From the NCBI GenBank assembly GCA_030693045.1, contig JAUYBU010000048.1:1-56771 (forward strand): a stretch of DNA of 56,771 bases, read 5' to 3'. A program made the translations under genes and the position numbers. Numbering within the stretch: position 1 is the stretch's first letter; each line of letters opens with the position of its first letter. The DNA is from Bryobacterales bacterium (GTDB lineage: Bacteria; Acidobacteriota; Terriglobia; Bryobacterales; Bryobacteraceae). Below the pieces are notes generated by a model that saw only the letters and a list, made by a program, of their open reading frames with translations, was not told where the DNA came from and ran no database searches. This document shows, one piece after another, positions 17,720-26,452 of the stretch.

Positions 17720-18751
17720 ATGGAGAACCAGTTTGAAAACATCCGGCTGCACGTGCCGGCCGAGCGCTTCACGAACTGGGAGCATTTCATGCGCGAGGCG
17801 CCTGAATACTCCATCGGGATCGAGGTGATGGACGATACGCCCGGTCACCGCGGTCACCACGTGCACTTCGACCACCACGAGGGAGTGATCCGCGAGGCGA
17901 CCATGAGCGCCGCGATGCAGGCCTACATCGCGGTCCGTCAAGGGCGCCTGATGGGGCGATGGCTGACCCGGCAGCGCCCCGTGCAGGTCTACGTCTGGAA
18001 CGCGGACCAGGACGTATGCCTGACCGCCTTCGTGCTCGAGTACCATGCCATGCTCGAGCGGGCCGAGGGAACCCCGCTGCTGCGCTGGATTGTCCAGTAC
18101 AACAACAAGATCGATGTCTGCGGCGGCCTGTATCCGGTCAACCTCGAGGAACTGGTCCGGAACCACTTCACGTGGGTCTTCGAGCCGTACCGGCGGCAGC
18201 GCATGCAGGGCAAGATGCAAGGGGACGAGGCGCTCATCCGAAACACCATTCGGGAGGTCTGCGACCGCCTGCTGGACCTGATCGACGGGAGGGCCGGCAT
18301 CGCGCCCATCACCGCCGAGCCGGAGATCCTCTACCAGTCGCCCCACAACTTCGTCATTGCCGACGAGAAGGGCGATCCAAGCTCCCGGTTGGTCCTGGCG
18401 GCCGAAGGCCACACCAACCTCATCAGCCTGGTGTGCACGCGGCCCAACGGCCGGCACACCTACAGCGTCATTCGCGGCTCACCCTACGATGAGGATACTT
18501 TTCAGGTCACCAAGCTCATCCAGGCCTTCCAGGCCGCCGAGGATCTGCCCGATGCCAGGATCTGGGGAGGCTCGAATCTCGCCGCCGGCTCCGACAGCGA
18601 GTTCGGCAGCAGCCTGCACTGGACCACTCTAAAGGAGATCGCCGAGGAGATCGTCGCAACCGCCTCCCAAAAAATGCGTCAGCCTGGTATGGCCCCTTTT
18701 TCGGTGACGGCAGCGCCCCTCGGCTCTCAAAAAGGGGCCATACCAGGCTGA
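17720..18751 (+). CDS. hypothetical protein (His-rich HRGHHVHFDHHEG motif; possible distant DHH/DHHA1-like features)
   Basis: 343-aa ORF with normal composition and no family I recognise with confidence. FDHH and the C-terminal WGGSNLAAGS loosely recall the DHH and GGGHxxAAG motifs. The last 26 or so codons are encoded by the inverted repeat at 18670-18760. Confidence 0.55.
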   Translation: MENQFENIRLHVPAERFTNWEHFMREAPEYSIGIEVMDDTPGHRGHHVHFDHHEGVIREATMSAAMQAYIAVRQGRLMGRWLTRQRPVQVYVWNADQDVCLTAFVLEYHAMLERAEGTPLLRWIVQYNNKIDVCGGLYPVNLEELVRNHFTWVFEPYRRQRMQGKMQGDEALIRNTIREVCDRLLDLIDGRAGIAPITAEPEILYQSPHNFVIADEKGDPSSRLVLAAEGHTNLISLVCTRPNGRHTYSVIRGSPYDEDTFQVTKLIQAFQAAEDLPDARIWGGSNLAAGSDSEFGSSLHWTTLKEIAEEIVATASQKMRQPGMAPFSVTAAPLGSQKGAIPG

Positions 18752-18779
18752 CGCATTTTTCTAGGGCTGACGCATTATT
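18670..18779. repeat. 32-bp perfect inverted repeat plus a partial third copy
   Basis: AAAAATGCGTCAGCCTGGTATGGCCCCTTTTT at 18670-18701 and its exact reverse complement at 18729-18760, with a 27-nt loop. GGCTGACGCATT is repeated again at 18765-18776. It lies between two convergent ORFs. Confidence 0.9.
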
Positions 18780-21421
18780 AGGCCGGAGGGCAGATCCTCG
18801 CCGAAAACCCGGCCCATCGAGGCCAGGTCCCGCTGCGGCGCCCCATCCAGGATGGCCAGCCAGCGTTCCGGCCGATCCGCTTCCTCCAGGCGCCGGCGAA
18901 CCAGCGCCAAGGTAGCGCCGGGCAAGTCCCGGCCTGCCTGGCCGGTCCGGCGGGCGATGGAAGCGATGGCCTCCAGCGCGGCCGGCGGCGGCGGCTTCAG
19001 CGCCAGCAACCCTTCAGTCCAGCGCGCGGCGGTAGAGGGCGGCAGCACCTGGTTCATCGGCCCATAGAACAACTCGCGAGCCCCCAGGCGCGCCAGGCAC
19101 CAAAACTCGCTTTCCCGCACGTCTCCCTTGCGGGCCCGGGCCAGCAGCGCTTCCCCCAATTCGGTCTTGGACTGGAGCGGCAGCAGTTCCAGGCTGGCCG
19201 CCGCGCACCACATCTCGCGAAGCAGGCTCGAGTTCACACGGGGCGGCTTGCCGCGGGCCAGCAGCACCGGCGCCAGCCGCTGGAACAACTCAACCTGCTG
19301 GTTGCGGTTCAGGCCGCCGGCGACGCGTCCCCAGAAGATCCACTCCTCGATCTGGTTCTGCACCTGGTTGGCGAAAGCCAGTCCCGCGGCATGGATGCGG
19401 CGGATCTGCTCGATGCGGTAGTCGTCGCCCGGATAGCCGAAGCCCGGGCGCAGGCACAATCCGCACAGATTCAGCCAGCGCGCTTCGAGCGCCGGCGAGC
19501 GGCGCCGCCCCTGGGCCTGTTCCAGCAAAGTGTCCGCCAGACGTCGAATGGCGTCCAGTGGCCACGCCGCGCGTCCCAAGCCGAGCAGTCGCTCCAGCCG
19601 TCCGGGCAGCTCTTCCGGCGTCACGGGGTCCGGGGCGTCCGAAAATACGCCGCCAACCAATGCCTCGGCCTGGCCCAGCGCCTCTTCGCTCACCAGGGTG
19701 GCCGCGCGCGGGGCGGGCGCGCTTTCCTGGGCCTGCTTACGAAGCTCGAACTCCAGCCGCCAGCGGTGCTCGCTGACCTTCGATTGGCACCAGATTTCGA
19801 GCGTTCCGACTTCGCTCAGCCGTGCGCCCAGTTTCACCGGCACCAGTTGACCGCCGGCGGGTTTGCCGAAACGGATGACGGAGTTCAGCGGCGCGTGCGG
19901 GTGCAGGTCGTCGTCGCCGGGCGCGAACTCGACGATGTCGCCCAGGCGGTCGCCGGTGCGATTGAGCGAGCTGAACAGGCGGAACGAGACGGCCCGGTTT
20001 GCCACCAGGTCCAGGCCCGGGAGATCCAGTTCCAGCGCCTGGCCCTCTTCCGTGCCGCGAGGCGTCAGGCAAACCGTGCGGATCCGGCCCTGAGGGCCGT
20101 CGATGCCGATGAAGTAGGTTCGCGGCAGGCCGCCACGGACCATCAGCCCCGCGCCGGTCGAGCGCACGTAGGAGTAGTAGGCGGCGCCCACCGCGACGGC
20201 CAGGTCGAGGTCGTGGTTCTCGAAAACCGCGGGCCTGCGCCCGTGCCACTGCTCGAAAACTTCCACCACCCGGTCGCGCAGGATCTCGGGAATGAAGAAG
20301 CCGCCGTTGAAGAGAATGGCGTCCGGCCGCGCGCCCGCGCCGGCCAGGAATGCCGCCAGGTGGCGCGTGACGGCGGGGTCGGAGACATATGGCAGGCCGG
20401 CTTCCTGGAACAGGCTGCGGTCCTCCTCCCGCGGCCGTTCCTGGGGCCCGCAAAAGGGCAAGAAACCTTCCAGGGCGAGTTCGAGCGCTTCCTCGCGGAG
20501 GATTTGGGCGCGCAGCGTTCCGCCGATGAGCGAGGAACCGCCGCCCAGCACGGTGATCTCGACGTTCTTCAGCTTTGCATCCGACAGCAGTTTCTCTTTC
20601 GCCGCGGCGCATTGCCGGCGCAAAGCGCTGCGCTGGCGCACGGAGAGCGGTTTGCCGAGCTTGCTTTCCACCAGCCAGGCAAGCGTCAGGTCGAGATTGT
20701 CGCCGCCCAGCAGCAGGTGCCGGCCGACGGCGGTGCGCGTGAAATCGATCTGGTCGCCTTGCCGCGAGACGCGGATCAGCGTGAAGTCGCTGGTGCCTCC
20801 CCCGACGTCGCACACCAGCACCACCTGGCCGTCGAACAGGCTCTTGCGCGACTGGTCCAGGTGGTTGGCGATCCAGGAATAAAACGCGGCGGCGGGTTCC
20901 TCGATCAGGCTCAGGCGCTCGATGCCGGCCTGGCGCGCGGCCTCGACGGTCAGCTCACGGGCCTCTTCGTCGAACGACGCCGGCACCGTGAGAACCACTT
21001 CCTGTTCGGCCAGCGCGCCCAGTCCGTTCTGGCTCCAGGCGCCGGCCAGATGGGCCAGCACGCGCGACGAGACGTCCACCGGCGAGAGCGCGCGGCCGCC
21101 TTCGCCGGCGTCCCAGGGCAGAATCTTGGCAGTGCGGTCCACATCCGGATTCGACAGCCAGCTCTTGGCCGAGTGTACCGAGCGGGTGGGCACCAGCGCG
21201 CCTTGCTCGCGCGCGTAGGCTCCCACGAAGGTCTGATCGCCCAGAAACAGAAACGACGGCAGCGTACGCTGCGCTTCGGTGCGGCCCGGCGCCACCACCT
21301 GCGGGATGCTCAGCGTGTGAATGGGCGGGAAATCCGCGTCCCCGGCCTCGCGCGGGTCCACATAGGCCAGCGCCGAGTTGGTGGTGCCCAGATCGATTCC
21401 GATGAAGTGTTTGAGTTCCAA
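18761..21421 (-). CDS. atypical long Hsp70-family protein (actin-like ATPase + beta-sandwich + about 330-aa helical C-terminal region)
   Basis: The N-terminus FIGIDLGTTNSALAYV and DVGGGTSDFTLI are Hsp70 phosphate-binding motifs. 886 aa. Apparent TTG start 6 nt after the DUF2760 stop. Confidence 0.85.
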   Translation of the reverse strand: MELKHFIGIDLGTTNSALAYVDPREAGDADFPPIHTLSIPQVVAPGRTEAQRTLPSFLFLGDQTFVGAYAREQGALVPTRSVHSAKSWLSNPDVDRTAKILPWDAGEGGRALSPVDVSSRVLAHLAGAWSQNGLGALAEQEVVLTVPASFDEEARELTVEAARQAGIERLSLIEEPAAAFYSWIANHLDQSRKSLFDGQVVLVCDVGGGTSDFTLIRVSRQGDQIDFTRTAVGRHLLLGGDNLDLTLAWLVESKLGKPLSVRQRSALRRQCAAAKEKLLSDAKLKNVEITVLGGGSSLIGGTLRAQILREEALELALEGFLPFCGPQERPREEDRSLFQEAGLPYVSDPAVTRHLAAFLAGAGARPDAILFNGGFFIPEILRDRVVEVFEQWHGRRPAVFENHDLDLAVAVGAAYYSYVRSTGAGLMVRGGLPRTYFIGIDGPQGRIRTVCLTPRGTEEGQALELDLPGLDLVANRAVSFRLFSSLNRTGDRLGDIVEFAPGDDDLHPHAPLNSVIRFGKPAGGQLVPVKLGARLSEVGTLEIWCQSKVSEHRWRLEFELRKQAQESAPAPRAATLVSEEALGQAEALVGGVFSDAPDPVTPEELPGRLERLLGLGRAAWPLDAIRRLADTLLEQAQGRRRSPALEARWLNLCGLCLRPGFGYPGDDYRIEQIRRIHAAGLAFANQVQNQIEEWIFWGRVAGGLNRNQQVELFQRLAPVLLARGKPPRVNSSLLREMWCAAASLELLPLQSKTELGEALLARARKGDVRESEFWCLARLGARELFYGPMNQVLPPSTAARWTEGLLALKPPPPAALEAIASIARRTGQAGRDLPGATLALVRRRLEEADRPERWLAILDGAPQRDLASMGRVFGEDLPSGLIMRQP

Positions 21422-21427
21422 GGCGCG

Positions 21428-21967
21428 CTACTCGATTTCGATTTCGGCCGGCGCCACCAGGCTCGCTTCCTGCCTGGCGCCCAGCGGCGGCAAATCGGCC
21501 CGTTCGGCGCGCCAGCCCTTGTGCCGCAGCGTGCCGCCGGCGGCTTTTCCGTCGGGCGGAACCTTGCCGATGAAGCGCACGGCGCCGGGCGCCTGGGCTT
21601 GCGGGCCGGCCAGGTCCAGGCGCGTCGGCGTGCCCTCGACACCGTCGATCACCGGCGCGAGCTTCACGTGCCGGTCCAGCGCCTGCCGGCACTTGGGGTG
21701 TAAATCGCGGACCGCCGCGCCGACCTGCTCGTCGGAATAGCCCGCGATGTCCTCCATCAGGAAGTCGACCAGCCGCGCCTCGCTCTGAAGGATGCCCAGC
21801 AACTGAAGCGCGCCATCGGCGGCCGTGGTCCGGCGCGCCGGTTCGGCCGGCCGCGGTGTGGTCTTCGGCTTGGGCATGAGTCCGAGTTCGGAGGCGATGC
21901 CGGCGGTGAGCGCGCCGCGCGCGAGAATGCTGAAGAAACTGCGAAACGCCAACGCAATGCGGCTCAA
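21428..21967 (-). CDS. DUF2760-like protein
   Basis: 179 aa. ALQLLGILQSEARLVDFLMEDIAGYSDEQVGAAVRDLHPKCRQAL matches my recollection of the DUF2760 core, a family usually found next to atypical Hsp70 genes. TTG start in the track. Confidence 0.7.
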   Translation of the reverse strand: MSRIALAFRSFFSILARGALTAGIASELGLMPKPKTTPRPAEPARRTTAADGALQLLGILQSEARLVDFLMEDIAGYSDEQVGAAVRDLHPKCRQALDRHVKLAPVIDGVEGTPTRLDLAGPQAQAPGAVRFIGKVPPDGKAAGGTLRHKGWRAERADLPPLGARQEASLVAPAEIEIE

Positions 21968-22084
21968 AGGATGTCCCCCAAGTTCTTAGGATACGACACG
22001 GGGTGGTGGATATTCACAGGTAGAGTCGAGGATGCGCGCGGGTATTGACGCAACAGGCCGCCCCGTTTCCCATCCCCGCTCATC

Positions 22085-22418
22085 AAACCGGACGTGCCCA
22101 TTTCGAGCATCCGGCTTTCCGACCGGCTTCATCGCCGGCTCACCCACGCGCGGCCCTGGGCCCCTGGAGCCGTACAACGCCCAAAGGGCCATCCACCCGT
22201 TCCCTCGGGAACTGGCGGGCGCCTTGCGAGGACACCTTGTGCCGCATTCTCGAGAAATTGCGCGCACGATCGTACACGTATTCGTCGACCGCCCGATACG
22301 CCCGGCTCTTGCTCGCCATGCCAAAGTACTGCCGCCAGCCGCCTAACTTCCGGTTCAGCTTTTGACAGACTTCCGTCCCGGCCGCGACGTTCCGGCGTCC
22401 GGGCGGCCATCGCTGCAC
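22085..22418 (-). mobile_element. 5'-truncated group II intron remnant (maturase-domain fragment + domain V hairpin)
   Basis: Minus-strand frame 22140-22418 reads ...CQKLNRKLGGWRQYFGMASKSRAYRAVDEYVYDRARNFSRMRHKV..., resembling the group II intron maturase-specific domain. No RT domains lie upstream. At 22085-22117 (minus) the RNA AAGCCGGAUGCUCGAAAUGGGCACGUCCGGUUU closely resembles canonical domain V. Confidence 0.55.
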
Positions 22419-22445
22419 TTGGCAACTGAGTGAAGAGTATTCGGT

Positions 22446-24257
22446 TTACGCGCTGGCCGGCGCGAAGCGCACGCGCAACTCCGCGTCCTTCACCGCGCGC
22501 AGGCGGATGGCGAGCTTTCGGCGTCCGCGATTGGAGGCCTGCTTCTCCGGATTCGGCGAGGTGGCCAGCGGCGTCGCTTCCTGGACTTCGAAGACCGCGC
22601 CGGCCGGAGATTCGATCTTGGCCAATAGTCTCTTACCGTTCCGCTTGAGAGTGGCCTCGGTCCGGTCCGCGCCGAGCACGACTTCCGCCGGAGTGTGCGC
22701 GAACCACCACACCTCGGCGGGCGCGTTGGCTTGCACGCGGTCGGCCACCGTGACGGCGGATCGGTTCTCCATCGTGAAGGTCCGTTGGACGCCGCGGGCG
22801 TGCCTGGCGTAGGCCGCGGTCAGGTCCACCACGGCGGTGGTGCGCTGGGGGCGCGAGTCGAACTGGACGATCCTGGCGACAGCTTTCAGATCCTGGTCCG
22901 GTTCCGCGCCCGGATTGATCACCAGCGTGTTGTGGCCCTCGGCCCGGATGCGGTAATAGTGCCACTTCGGATTGTGATGCTGGTGCGCGAGATAGGTTTC
23001 GTGATCGACGCCGCCGTCGATGATCCAGCGTTCGCCGGAGGCTTCCAGGATGAAGGTGCCCAGGTCCAGATGCCGGTGGCCGCTGAGGTTGCTGTTGTCG
23101 CCCGCCTGTACGGCCAGGACCAGGGCGTTCGGGTCGGTCCAGGAGCTGCGCATCGATACGCACTCGGCCGCGCGAAAGTACTTGTCCAGCGGCAACCGCG
23201 CCGGGTCGAAGCCGCTGCTGGCGTCGAACCACAGCAGATCGAGAAAACCGCCGCCCGGCATCGGCCGCGCCAGTTCGCTCGACCGGAACCAGTTGTACTC
23301 CGGCCGGCGGAACCGGCGGCCCATCCAGAAGTGCATGGGGGTGGACAAGCGCCGCAGACCGCAATCGGCGAAATCGAACGACATTCGGTCCGCGCCCCCC
23401 ATGTAGATCTGGTACAGGCCGCTTTGCGCGAAGCCGTCGATTTTCGACAACTCGAAGTCCGTGCCCAGCGCGGTTTCCAGCGACGACAGGAACAGGATGT
23501 TGAACCGGGCGCCATAGTCCCAGTAAGTAGCTCCCTCGGTGCCGGCGCCGTCGGGAGCGTAATGCCGCATGGCCAGCGGCAGACTCTGTCGCGCGTTCTG
23601 GAGAATCGCCCGCGCCAGTTCGGGCTCTTCATCGGCGATCGCCAGGGCGCCGATGCCGAGCCCGCCGTTGCAGACCTGGTTCCAGTTGTTGTCGCGCTTG
23701 TGCCAGCCGTTGGCGCTCGCGTAGACTGCCATGCCGGGCTTCAGGCCCAGCGTCACAATGGCCTGGCGGAGCGTCTGGCGCTGAGACGCTGTCCAGTCGG
23801 CGAACAGCCAGTCGTAGGCCAGCGCGAAGGCGTAGGTCATTTCCGCGGAATCCAGGAAGTGCTTGGGGTTCCAGTCCTTAAACTGCGCGGCGGCTTCCAG
23901 TTCCTTCCAGGCGCGGTCGCGGTAACGCCGGTCGCCTTCCAGGCGGTAAACAAGGGCCAGCGCCTGCACTCGCTCTTTCACCCGGCGGCTGACGGACAGA
24001 AGCCGCAACCCGTCCGGGATTAGGTAGATCGAGGGCGCTTCTTTCAGGGCGTTGTCCGCGTCTTCGCGGACGGCCTGATAGCAGAGCCTGGCGGTGGGCT
24101 CGGATTCGATGAGCCGTTTGAGACTAGCGAACGTGCGCTCATCCGCCATCAGGCGCGGGTGCGATCTCTTGAGCGTCGCCAGCACATCGCCCTCGGCCAG
24201 GCCGGCGCCCGCGAACACGGTCCCGGCGAAATGCCGCCGCGTCAGTTGAGCGGGCAT
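22446..24257 (-). CDS. heparinase II/III-like polysaccharide lyase, Tat signal
   Basis: 603 aa. MPAQLTRRHFAGTVFAGAGLA is a twin-arginine signal. Alpha/alpha-toroid N-half (WNQVCNGGLGIGALAI) and a heparinase II/III-like C-half (GHRHLDLGTF). Confidence 0.8.
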   Translation of the reverse strand: MPAQLTRRHFAGTVFAGAGLAEGDVLATLKRSHPRLMADERTFASLKRLIESEPTARLCYQAVREDADNALKEAPSIYLIPDGLRLLSVSRRVKERVQALALVYRLEGDRRYRDRAWKELEAAAQFKDWNPKHFLDSAEMTYAFALAYDWLFADWTASQRQTLRQAIVTLGLKPGMAVYASANGWHKRDNNWNQVCNGGLGIGALAIADEEPELARAILQNARQSLPLAMRHYAPDGAGTEGATYWDYGARFNILFLSSLETALGTDFELSKIDGFAQSGLYQIYMGGADRMSFDFADCGLRRLSTPMHFWMGRRFRRPEYNWFRSSELARPMPGGGFLDLLWFDASSGFDPARLPLDKYFRAAECVSMRSSWTDPNALVLAVQAGDNSNLSGHRHLDLGTFILEASGERWIIDGGVDHETYLAHQHHNPKWHYYRIRAEGHNTLVINPGAEPDQDLKAVARIVQFDSRPQRTTAVVDLTAAYARHARGVQRTFTMENRSAVTVADRVQANAPAEVWWFAHTPAEVVLGADRTEATLKRNGKRLLAKIESPAGAVFEVQEATPLATSPNPEKQASNRGRRKLAIRLRAVKDAELRVRFAPASA

Positions 24258-24259
24258 CG

Positions 24260-25204
24260 TTATCCGACCCGTCCCTTGGTTTCACCCCACTGGGCCGCCA
24301 CCACTTTGCCGCGCTCGGAAAGTTCCTTGAACTCGGCCGGCGAGAGCGGTTTGAAGGTCCGCACCGCCGCGAGGCCCTGGCGCATCTCTTCAACCGTGCG
24401 GAAGCCGACGGCGGCGACCGCAACCTCGGGCAGGCTCCAGACGTAGCGCATGGCCGGCACGTAGTCGGCGGATGAGGAGAGGCGCGCGCCGGCCGGTCCG
24501 CGAACCGGGCCGCCCAACGCCTTCATCGCGATCACGCCGATGCCGCGGCGTTTGGCTTCCGGCAGGATCTTGCTCTCGAGGTTGTAGACGTGCCGGTCGA
24601 CGAAGTTGAGCACCCCCATGAACAGATCGAACTGGCCGGTGTCGAAAGCTTTGAGCGTTCGGTCGGGGAACGAATGAGTCGAGCAGCCGATGTGGCGGAT
24701 CATTCCCTGCTTCTTGGCTTCCATCAGCGCGCCGAGCGCGCCCTTTTCCGAGAGCACGGCGTCGATGTCGGGCCAGCGGTCGTGGCGGCCGATGTTGTGG
24801 TAGTGCACGCAGTCGAGGTGGTCGGTCTGCAACCGGCGCAGGCTTTCGCGGATCTGGCCCATCGCCTCTTCTCGAGTGCGCGTCTCGATTTTGGAAATCA
24901 GGAAAACCTTGTCGCGCTTTCCCTTGAGCGCGCGGCCGACCTTCTCTTCCGACTGCCCGTAGTTGGGCGCCGTATCGATGAAGTTGATGCCGCTGTCAAT
25001 GCCTTCGGCGACGATGCGATCCACCGTCGTCTGGTCCGAGGCGGGCTGCCCAATGTGCTGAGCGCCCCACCCCAGAATGCTCGCTTCAAACCCAACCTTG
25101 CCCAGACGCCGCTTGGGCATGTCTCCGGTTTTCGCCGCGCCTTCGGCCAGCATGGGCGAGGCAGCCAGCAGCTTTGAAAAATCACGCCGTGTAAGGAATC
25201 TCAT
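24260..25204 (-). CDS. aldo/keto reductase, Tat signal
   Basis: Start trimmed to MRFLTRRDFSKLLAASPMLAEGAA (ATG 25204). AKR motifs GINFIDTAPNYG and HYHNI. Confidence 0.85.
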   Translation of the reverse strand: MRFLTRRDFSKLLAASPMLAEGAAKTGDMPKRRLGKVGFEASILGWGAQHIGQPASDQTTVDRIVAEGIDSGINFIDTAPNYGQSEEKVGRALKGKRDKVFLISKIETRTREEAMGQIRESLRRLQTDHLDCVHYHNIGRHDRWPDIDAVLSEKGALGALMEAKKQGMIRHIGCSTHSFPDRTLKAFDTGQFDLFMGVLNFVDRHVYNLESKILPEAKRRGIGVIAMKALGGPVRGPAGARLSSSADYVPAMRYVWSLPEVAVAAVGFRTVEEMRQGLAAVRTFKPLSPAEFKELSERGKVVAAQWGETKGRVG

Positions 25205-25220
25205 AAACTTGATCTTATAC

Positions 25221-26452
25221 TCAAATTTCGCCGGCGCGCTTGAGCCACTGGCCGACCATGGCGTCAAGGTCCTTTCGCTGCTGCGCGTAGGCCCCGTCGT
25301 CGAGCAGGTTGCGCATCTGGTACGGGTCCTTCTGATTGTCGTAGAGCAGCCATGGATTCAGATCGCGCCCGGCCTCTTTTTTCACATACGTGAAGCGGTC
25401 GGTGCGGACGCCTCGCCAGCCGCCCGCGGCGTTCCGGGCGGCCTTTTTCCCGCCGGGGGCGCCGCCGATGGCCATGATGAAAGCGGATTCGGGACCGCGC
25501 GCGTCCTTGCCCCGCAGAACCGCCGACAGATCCGCGCCCTGCATCCGGGCCGGCACGGATTGGCCCGCCAACCCGAGCAGCGTGGGCGTGATGTCGACGG
25601 TCGAGAAGAGCGTATCCAGACGCCGCCCGGCCGGAATGCCGGCGGGCCAGCGGATGACGAACGGCACGTTGATCGACTCTTTCCACGGTTTCCGTTTCGC
25701 CGTCAGGCCGAAAGAGCCGAGCATGTCGCCGTGATCGCTGCTGTAACAGACGATGGTGTTCTCGGCGATTCCAAGCTGGGCCAGTTTCGTCATCAGCCGG
25801 CCCATCTCCTGGTCCAGCGCGGTTACGTGCGAAAAGTACCCGACGTGGTTCTGGCGCCACTGTCGCGTGTCGGCCTCTTTCGGGACGTTCGGCCGAAGCT
25901 TGATGCGCTCGGGCGAGTACATGTCCACGAAGCGTTGCGGCGCTTCCGTGTAAGGCGCATGGGGCGGATGCCAGGACAGGAACACGCAGAAGGGACTGCG
26001 CGCGTTCTTCTCGATGAACTCCATGGTCAGGTCCATCTGGCCCGTCGGAGCATAGCCGGGAATCACGATCTCCTTGCCGCTGTCGTCGAAGTAGCGCGTG
26101 TCGTAGCGCGAGCGGTAGTTGTGGCACACGCGCCAGTAATCGAAACCGTGGCGATAAGGGCCCGGCGGCACGATCTTTCCCGCGCCCTGACCCGAATGGC
26201 GATGCCACTTGCCGACATAGCCGGTCGCGTAGCCGGCCTTTTTCAACAGGCCGGCGATGGTGATCTCCGAGGTGGGAAGCCCCCGGTGCCCGCCACCGAC
26301 GTTGGTGGTGACCGTGTTGGCCTGCGGGTAGCGGCCCGTCAGCAGGCTGGCGCGGTGGGGTGAGCAGAGCGATTGGTCTGCCTGGGCGTCGCCGCGGCGC
26401 CTAATGCTCCGAGAAAATCCCGGCGAGTCAGATCGAAGGTATTGGATGTCAC
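25221..26452 (-). pseudogene. sulfatase, disrupted (internal deletion + frameshift near the N-terminus)
   Basis: The GTG at 26452 overlaps the upstream stop (GTGA) and encodes the Tat signal VTSNTFDLTRRDFLGALGAAATP, but that frame stops at 26339. A different frame carries CSPHRASLLTGRYP (CxPxR formylglycine motif, Cys codon 26364-26366) and continues into the 341-aa sulfatase body (GYVGKWH...). The roughly 45 aa that normally separate the signal from CxPxR, including the metal-binding DD motif, are missing. Confidence 0.6.

Noticed and set aside
19391-21703. 770-aa plus-strand ORF
   Set aside because: It is antisense to the Hsp70-like and DUF2760 genes. Its composition is dominated by Arg/Ala/Gly/Pro and it has no domain signatures. 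The opposite strand carries canonical Hsp70 motifs.
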